DNA of 32,000 nucleotides from Promethearchaeum syntrophicum (GTDB lineage: Archaea > Asgardarchaeota > Lokiarchaeia > Sigyniarchaeales > Promethearchaeaceae): positions 2,310,001 to 2,342,000 of the forward strand of contig NZ_CP042905.2 of the NCBI RefSeq assembly GCF_008000775.2, written 5' to 3'. The translations under genes were made by a program, and so were the position numbers. Each line of letters opens with the position of its first letter. Positions within the stretch are counted from its first letter, which is position 1. Shown here piece after piece: positions 25,989 to 32,000 of the stretch. A model generated the notes under the pieces. The model was not told the origin of the DNA, did not search any database, and worked only from the letters and a program-made list of their open reading frames with translations.

Positions 25989-27032
25989 TTATTTTCCTCC
26001 TTTTTTTATACATTCAGGATGATATCTAAATCCTAGATCATCTTCAATGACTTTTTCAGACAAAACATAATAAATATCTCCTGAAATCTTTACTTCTCCA
26101 ATTGTTCCCCAAATTAAAGAATTTAAATCACCATATAATTCCATTATTAAATCTTTTGACATACTTTTATAGAATCTATAAGTCTTTTTTTCAATAGTTT
26201 CAAAATTAGTCCTATCGAGAAGTGAAATTGATTGATTAAATTCAGAACATAATTGAAAAATATTAAGTGGTAAACCGCAATATTCACAAGATTCACTAAG
26301 GTTCGATTTAAAACCAGAATAATTATCCCAAGTAAAAAAATGTTTAATTTTATCAAAAATATTTGTACTTAGACTAATTTTCTGTCGATAATAAACTGCA
26401 TGAGCACATTTCAAATGAGTTTTCAATTCATATGCAATTACTTCCGAAATGCTATCTATTAAAATAAGTTTTATATGAACTTTTGTTGATTCTACTTTTT
26501 GATAACAAATTGGACAGACATTTAATAATCGTGCAGCACGATAACTAAGTGTTATCATATTATCTTCATCAGGATGTCGGTATATTAACTCGTATCTTAA
26601 TAAAAGGTCTTTATTTTCAGATAATTGTTTCATCAGATCTTGATTATTTTGATCAAGTTTTTTCTCGGATCTAATATTTTTCTTTTCTAAATATATATAT
26701 ATCCGCTGTTTCGATAAATATTGAAAAAGCGACAAATATTTCTCGATATTTTTTTTGCCTTCATCCCAATTACTTGATATAAAATAACCTTTACCTGCAC
26801 TAAATTGAATTATCTCTTCTTTAATCAAATGTTTAGCATGATCATATATTGTGGTTTTTCCAACAGGTTGTTGTTTCTTTTTATCTCGATATTCATTTAT
26901 TTCTTTAAATAATTCTGCTAATGTTAATGTGTTTGAAGTAGCTTGCTGCAATGCAGAAATTATTTCATCATCACTTAATTTTTTCTTTTCTATTACATCT
27001 TCACTTATTTTTTTTGTCATAATTTTCATCAT
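25989..27032 (-). CDS. putative DNA-binding protein: N-terminal wHTH plus two Cys/His zinc-binding clusters
   Basis: 347-aa ORF. GKTTIYDHAKHLIKEEIIQFSAGKGYFIS is wHTH-like. Zinc-binding candidates are CPICYQ...HLKCAH and CEYCG...HPEC. Confidence 0.5.
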   Translation of the reverse strand: MMKIMTKKISEDVIEKKKLSDDEIISALQQATSNTLTLAELFKEINEYRDKKKQQPVGKTTIYDHAKHLIKEEIIQFSAGKGYFISSNWDEGKKNIEKYLSLFQYLSKQRIYIYLEKKNIRSEKKLDQNNQDLMKQLSENKDLLLRYELIYRHPDEDNMITLSYRAARLLNVCPICYQKVESTKVHIKLILIDSISEVIAYELKTHLKCAHAVYYRQKISLSTNIFDKIKHFFTWDNYSGFKSNLSESCEYCGLPLNIFQLCSEFNQSISLLDRTNFETIEKKTYRFYKSMSKDLIMELYGDLNSLIWGTIGEVKISGDIYYVLSEKVIEDDLGFRYHPECIKKGGK

Positions 27033-27345
27033 TTTAATTTTTTATTATAAAAGATGACTATTTTCCAATTAAAATTAAAGAAACACGAATATTTAATTGT
27101 TATTTCCGAATAAAAAATTTAAGTCTTCGAATATATATAAATAATTTTTAAAATTTTACTCATTTTTATTCTGATCAAATTCGGATTATATTCTTAATTG
27201 TTCGAAACCAATTCGAAAGGAACAATAAGAAGGGGTATTTTAAGTTAAAAATATTCAAACCTGCTTAACTAACATTTAAGGCGTAATTATTAATAAAATT
27301 ACTAACATCCAACCTTTTAATTGAATTTTTTTTGTAATTGAAAGT

Positions 27346-27594
27346 ATGAATAGAAGAAAAAATAAAACCTACATTGATAAAGCAGGTTATAAACGATTTA
27401 GGGATTCTGGAACTCTTTTTCACCGATACGTTGCTGAAAGAAAATTAAGAAGAAAACTGCGCAGCGGTGAAGTAGTGCATCATAAGAACAGAGATAAAAG
27501 GGATAATCGGCGTTCAAATTTGTGGGTATTTAGTTCGCAAAAGAAACACTATATGGCTCATAAAGAAGATAAAAGAAGGTTTGGATATTGGTAA
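27346..27594 (+). CDS. small HNH endonuclease
   Basis: 82-aa ORF. VVHHKNRDKRDNRRSNLWVF...KKHYMAH is a classic HNH (HHxNxDxxDNxxxNL...H) pattern. Confidence 0.8.
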   Translation: MNRRKNKTYIDKAGYKRFRDSGTLFHRYVAERKLRRKLRSGEVVHHKNRDKRDNRRSNLWVFSSQKKHYMAHKEDKRRFGYW

Positions 27595-27750
27595 AAATAA
27601 GTTTTATAAATGACATGAAGGCTTTTTATTCCTTAAGAGGCTTTTGATTAGAATTTTTCTTTAATCTAAGCTTATTAACTTCAATAATTCATAAATCCAC
27701 TTAATCTCCAATCTCATAACTAATCTACCATGAAATAATAAAAAAATTAA

Positions 27751-30645
27751 CTATTTATTCTCAATATCTTTAAAACTTTCTTCGATTTCTTGATATAATG
27801 AATCAATTAATCCAATAGGTATATTTAATGCTCTAAACCACGCTTCATCTAATTTTCTTAGACTATTCTCTTTATTCCTACGGGCTCCTTTAACCAGTTC
27901 TACTATATTAGGTCTTTCTTTCAGAGTTTTTCTTGTATTATGAATATTGGATGTTCTAATAATTTCGTTGAAATTTACTTCATCTTTTACAATTTTGGGA
28001 AAATCTGGAAAACGAAATTTTAAAAACAGATCGATTTGATATACTAAAACAAATTCAGCTCGTCTTTTTCGTGATTTTTCAACAACATCTAAAATAAAAA
28101 GTGAACTTGTTAAATAACTAAAAAATAAATCATCCATTTGACTATTACATCCCCTAAAACCTATTCGTATCATCATGGTGCCATTTTTTGGAGGTACAAA
28201 CTTTAAAGCAATAGATTTTGTGCTTTTAAAGTCAATTTTTTTGACAATCCCAATAGAAACCTTTGCTGGAGAGTGCATTGAATGCGAAGGTCCGAATAAT
28301 TTTGCCAAATGCGCTTTTTGACCCCAAGAAAAGTATTTTTTCATCTTTGGATGCTTTTCATGAAATAAAAAGAAATTCACCAATTCATTTGTATTAACTA
28401 CAGGAAAATATTCTCGGTAATTTTTTAAAGTTCGAGAAATTGCTGGTTTATAAACTTCAATAGGTAAATGTAAAAACTGAGGTGTATTTCCATCTGTGCT
28501 GATTACGGTATTTTTTGACGTAGCTTTTATAGTTATTTTGTCCTCTGTAATTTGAGAAATATCCCAATATTTATTTGGTAAAAACCAATAATCAACAGGT
28601 CTTGAAGCATTTTCAGTCACAACCGTAATACTCTGGCTTAAATCATTTTTATAATTCTCTTTATCAAGCGGATTTAATTTCTTTAAATTTAATGGAATGA
28701 AATTAGAATACAAAAGAAGCATCATCTTACTTGGTTGAAGATTCCACATTATACAAGATACACTTTTTACTTTTTCTTGTGGTATGTTCTGGATTAGAAA
28801 ATCTTTGGTTCTTAATAACGGCGCATCAGTTGCATCCCATGAATTTACCAAGCCATTTATATCTTTCTTACTTAGGATTCCAAATAATTTTATGAATCTA
28901 GCACATTTATCGTAATTTTTTTGTAAGATTATAATAATTTCATGGTCATCTGAATCTGAAAAGGATTCGTCTAAGTCCGAAGCTTCAATTAAATATTTAA
29001 TCCCAAATTCATTTTCTAAGATTGTTTTCCAAACATCCACCATATTAACAGTATTTATGGCACCAACTGGTAAAATGAATGCAAGTATACCATTTTCTTT
29101 TTTTACAAATTGAGGTAAAATTAAGATGAAGAAGGCATACAAATTTATGCTTGAAAAATTCAATTTTAAATTATTATTTTTTACTACATCTAAATTCAAT
29201 AGTTTTTTTCTGTAATTGGGTGTTAACCTCGAACCTCTTGTAAAAGGCGGGTTAGCTATTAGCACATCAATGCTATGGTTTAATTTTTTATAAACAGGTT
29301 TAACTAATTTTCGCTCATTTGCAGTTATTTTCACGATTGGAAAGAAACGTTCTATTCCTGAAACCAATGAGAAAACATCATGAGGATAAATGTAAACTTT
29401 ATTTGTCCATTTTGAAGGGTTTTGAATTGCTAGATTTACCGTCGTCATCATAGCAGCGATATCAGAGATATCCGAACCCCTAATATCATCTAAAAGTTTT
29501 TTGTGTTGTTTTAATTTCAATTCTTTTTTTCTATGATAAGCCTTTACTAGTAAGGTTCCAGATCCACAAGCAGGATCGTAAATTTTACTGCCTTTATCAT
29601 TTATTGCAAGCCTACATAATAATTCGGCAGCTTCATTTCTTGTATAGTAAGCTGCAAATTTCTTTCGTGTTTCAAATGGCATCAAACGTTGAAAAATTTG
29701 TCCAATTAAGTCATTTTCAATTACATATTTGCTTGAAATTCCTTCTAAATCAAAGATAATTTTTTGAAGTACATCTGAAGCATCATCCTCAAGGTAAGAA
29801 AAAACTTCTCGACTTTTTCCAAAGATTGAAGTGAAATTTAAATTATTATTTGGAATATCTTCAATAATTTCTTGGATTTGGGAGGGTATTCCATTTGATG
29901 TACTCAAAGGTCTCAAACGGGGTATTTTAAGACCGTTTTCAATACGGTACATCCGCAATACAATATAAAAAAGGAGTTGTGTTATTGCAATATAAGCTGC
30001 TGTTCTTTGAAAAAATGAATACCTATCTTTTAATTCTTGCTCGGTTAATTCTTTCTTTTTTGCAATTTTCTCTTGTTCATCATTCAGCCGTAAATGTTTT
30101 TCCCATTCTTCCCCGGGTATTTTTACAGTAAAACGAATTAACGAATCAATATAATTTTCAAGATCTTTTAAGATCTCTTCAGGTTCCTTCAATAATATTA
30201 AACCAGTGTAGTTCTCTATCTTTTTGGAGATAAATTCTGCCATTTTATGAAATGAATTGAATAAATGAACTTCAGAATTCTTAACGGTATATGTTGGCGT
30301 ATATTCATAAAAAATAAGATCTTCATAGTTAGTAACAAATCCGATTTTACAATTCAGTTCCTTACAATATTTCTTTAGTTGTAACTCGTCTTGTTCTAAA
30401 TTGCCCTTTCCTTTAATTTTTGTTTCAATTATTGCTGAAACCGCGTCTTTATTATCCCAAACTATCCTATTTTTGTCTAGCTCAATTTGGATCAGTTCAG
30501 TTTTGAATATAACAATATCTTCCTGAAAATGTTTTTTTTGAAATATTAACTCTTGAAAGACTCTAAATTGAATGCCTAATCTACTTTTCAAGAAATCTAT
30601 TAGCTCAGGGCGGTCTGTATGTTCTGACATTTTCAGATTTGGCAT
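27751..30645 (-). CDS. type IIG-like restriction-modification fusion: N-terminal PD-ExK nuclease motif + gamma-class N6-adenine DNA methyltransferase + C-terminal specificity region
   Basis: 964-aa ORF. D64...AIIETK76 is a nuclease-like motif. FAAYYTRNEAAELL. Motif I YDPACGSGT (plus 29557-29577). Motif IV NPPF (plus 29242-29253). About 490 aa follow the motifs as a putative target recognition region. Confidence 0.85.
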   Translation of the reverse strand: MPNLKMSEHTDRPELIDFLKSRLGIQFRVFQELIFQKKHFQEDIVIFKTELIQIELDKNRIVWDNKDAVSAIIETKIKGKGNLEQDELQLKKYCKELNCKIGFVTNYEDLIFYEYTPTYTVKNSEVHLFNSFHKMAEFISKKIENYTGLILLKEPEEILKDLENYIDSLIRFTVKIPGEEWEKHLRLNDEQEKIAKKKELTEQELKDRYSFFQRTAAYIAITQLLFYIVLRMYRIENGLKIPRLRPLSTSNGIPSQIQEIIEDIPNNNLNFTSIFGKSREVFSYLEDDASDVLQKIIFDLEGISSKYVIENDLIGQIFQRLMPFETRKKFAAYYTRNEAAELLCRLAINDKGSKIYDPACGSGTLLVKAYHRKKELKLKQHKKLLDDIRGSDISDIAAMMTTVNLAIQNPSKWTNKVYIYPHDVFSLVSGIERFFPIVKITANERKLVKPVYKKLNHSIDVLIANPPFTRGSRLTPNYRKKLLNLDVVKNNNLKLNFSSINLYAFFILILPQFVKKENGILAFILPVGAINTVNMVDVWKTILENEFGIKYLIEASDLDESFSDSDDHEIIIILQKNYDKCARFIKLFGILSKKDINGLVNSWDATDAPLLRTKDFLIQNIPQEKVKSVSCIMWNLQPSKMMLLLYSNFIPLNLKKLNPLDKENYKNDLSQSITVVTENASRPVDYWFLPNKYWDISQITEDKITIKATSKNTVISTDGNTPQFLHLPIEVYKPAISRTLKNYREYFPVVNTNELVNFFLFHEKHPKMKKYFSWGQKAHLAKLFGPSHSMHSPAKVSIGIVKKIDFKSTKSIALKFVPPKNGTMMIRIGFRGCNSQMDDLFFSYLTSSLFILDVVEKSRKRRAEFVLVYQIDLFLKFRFPDFPKIVKDEVNFNEIIRTSNIHNTRKTLKERPNIVELVKGARRNKENSLRKLDEAWFRALNIPIGLIDSLYQEIEESFKDIENK

Positions 30646-31114
30646 GTTTTTAAACCACTATAATGAAGTTTTTTGTATAAATCAGAAGTAATTAATGAAT
30701 CTTCTTTTTTAATACTTTAATTATCTCTTTGTTATCAATCTTTTCCAAAAAATCTTAAGTTTCATGATGTGAACTTTGGTTATCTATTAACTCGAGGTTA
30801 TACCAAAGTAAACTATATTACTCAGTTAAAGAATGAAAACATTGAAATAGATAAATTAGAACTTTCAACTTTGTAATGACTAAAACCTAATCGCTAACCA
30901 AATCATTATGTTATGACTCTCGAAAACCAAAATGATTGGAATTAAACCTATAGATCAGATTAATAATTAGATTCTAATATTCAAAAGTAAGTAATTAATT
31001 TATAATGACATTCTTTGAAGTTTTGACTGTAGTCGGGTTTTTATTGATTTAATTGGATTTATTTATTTAATTATCACTATTTTAAGAAAAACAAAGCAAA
31101 TTGAAGATAGAATC

Positions 31115-31318
31115 TTGAAATTGGAAGAAATAAGATTAGACTATGAAAAATCCATAGAAAGAATAAAAGCAGATGTAGAAAAATCGAAACATTCAGATAA
31201 TATAGACCTACAAAAAGTTTTTGCGAGGAAATTTGCAGAAATATCAATTCCAGATTTAATTAAATTGATTAAAGATGAAGATGTGCGAACCTTCCTTGAG
31301 AAAAGTAAGAAAAAATAA
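31115..31318 (+). CDS. hypothetical small coiled-coil protein (TTG start, doubtful)
   Basis: 67-aa charged helical ORF. The upstream in-frame sequence encodes a hydrophobic stretch but has no canonical start codon. Confidence 0.25.
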   Translation: MKLEEIRLDYEKSIERIKADVEKSKHSDNIDLQKVFARKFAEISIPDLIKLIKDEDVRTFLEKSKKK

Positions 31319-31439
31319 TATTCTATTGGAATATCTATAAACTGGTGGTCCTATTCGCGATTACCTTTCCCATGTTATCTTATTGATTTATTTGATTATT
31401 TTTTTCAATTTCATCTCTTTTATTAAAAGAAAATATAAA

Positions 31440-31919
31440 TCACCTTCCAACATCACGTGCGGCTTCTTCAATCCAAGATCCAATATTATATTTTCCCTTA
31501 TCATCAAACCAATCATAAATTGGAACATGATCTGATAAAGGTTGATTATAATCATCATAAACATATTCAAAAGGATTATTTCCCTTTGTATCCCTTTTTC
31601 TATATTTATTTCGCAATTTGTGGATATAAATGCCCAACAATGCATTATTTTTGAGATAACTTTGTTTAATTTCATATTTAATCCATCTTCTATAAGACGT
31701 TTCTTGCCCAATTAAAACTACGGTCACTGAAGTTCCATGAAGAGTTTGATTTATTAGTTTTTTTATTTCTTGATCATTAAAAGTAGGATGATTTTCTTCG
31801 ATCGAACCATCCCAAAAACCAGCAGCTTCTCTTGTTTCAGCATAGTACCAAGAACTTTTGATATATCTTGCTCTCCAAATATCTCTTTGATAATGAAAAC
31901 TAAAAAAAACTACCCTCAT
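31440..31919 (-). CDS. ThsB-like TIR-like domain protein (DUF1863/MTH538 TIR-like family)
   Basis: 159-aa ORF. MRVVFFSFHYQRDIWRARYIKSSW...AAGFWDGSIEE...LINQTLHGTSVTVVLIGQETSYRRWIKYEIKQS...LLGIYIH...KGNNPFEY follows the conserved ThsB/DUF1863 pattern (FFSFHYq.D..R...v...W, TSVTVVLIG..T..RrW..YEI, G.NPF). Confidence 0.8.
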   Translation of the reverse strand: MRVVFFSFHYQRDIWRARYIKSSWYYAETREAAGFWDGSIEENHPTFNDQEIKKLINQTLHGTSVTVVLIGQETSYRRWIKYEIKQSYLKNNALLGIYIHKLRNKYRKRDTKGNNPFEYVYDDYNQPLSDHVPIYDWFDDKGKYNIGSWIEEAARDVGR

Positions 31920-32000
31920 AATGTTGAATCATTCCATTTTTTTGATTTTTTGTCTGTTTGATTTAGTTAATTTAAGTTAAAAAATCTAAAAGAAAATAAC

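Noticed and set aside
17619-26356. Other nested or antisense track ORFs (17619-17870, 20525-20746, 24479-24718, 24850-25050, 26147-26356, 26851-27057)
   Set aside because: Each overlaps a longer ORF that has recognisable domain motifs. None has motifs of its own.
27751-30645. Interpreting the large methyltransferase as BREX PglX
   Set aside because: No PglZ, BrxC, BrxL or other BREX genes are adjacent. The N-terminal D...ExK motif fits a self-contained type IIG enzyme better.
31388-31961. ORFs overlapping the ThsB-like gene (31388-31711 minus, 31457-31654 plus, 31770-31961 plus)
   Set aside because: They are out of frame or antisense to a gene with a strong family signature.
1-32000. CRISPR arrays, tRNA or rRNA genes
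   Set aside because: I found no regularly spaced direct repeats. No GC-rich cloverleaf-like or rRNA-like segment stands out in any intergenic region. The only GC-rich non-coding segments are the IS arm and the 3878-4412 remnant.

Overview
AT-rich prokaryotic window. Sampled 60-nt lines in ordinary genes give 18-33% G+C. Two things suggest a low-GC archaeon, possibly Asgard/Lokiarchaeia-like: TATA-like boxes about 25-35 nt upstream of first-gene ATGs with GGAGG only before internal, coupled genes, and the many LRR proteins. I cannot verify the taxonomy from sequence alone. I saw no rRNA, tRNA or CRISPR array. Nearly the whole window reads as an immune/defence island. In order: a partial RNase III-like gene (1-375); a hydrophobic/coiled-coil-NACHT-LRR protein (626-3877); a TIR-LRR-Zn-ribbon protein plus a truncated tandem paralog (4765-6337); a RelE/ParE toxin with no obvious antitoxin (6567-6827); a 481-aa protein with a C-terminal HEPN motif (7701-9146); a 1972-aa NACHT STAND NTPase (9440-15358); an Smr nuclease divergent from an RHH/wHTH regulator, with a palindromic operator between them; a translationally coupled PD-(D/E)xK-like + HEPN gene pair (17404-19606); a DUF262/DUF1524 GmrSD-type enzyme; a stand-alone LRR protein; a GC-richer IS110-family insertion whose ~300-nt 5' arm is a bridge-RNA candidate; a coupled wHTH/Zn-finger + PD-(D/E)xK pair; a small HNH nuclease; a type IIG restriction-modification fusion; and a ThsB-like TIR protein at the right edge. 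The best candidates for undescribed systems are the NLR-like and TIR-LRR receptors that share one LRR sensor module, the giant NACHT protein with uncharacterised N- and C-terminal regions, and the two coupled two-gene nuclease cassettes. All domain calls rest on motifs I read in the translations. None has been checked against a database.
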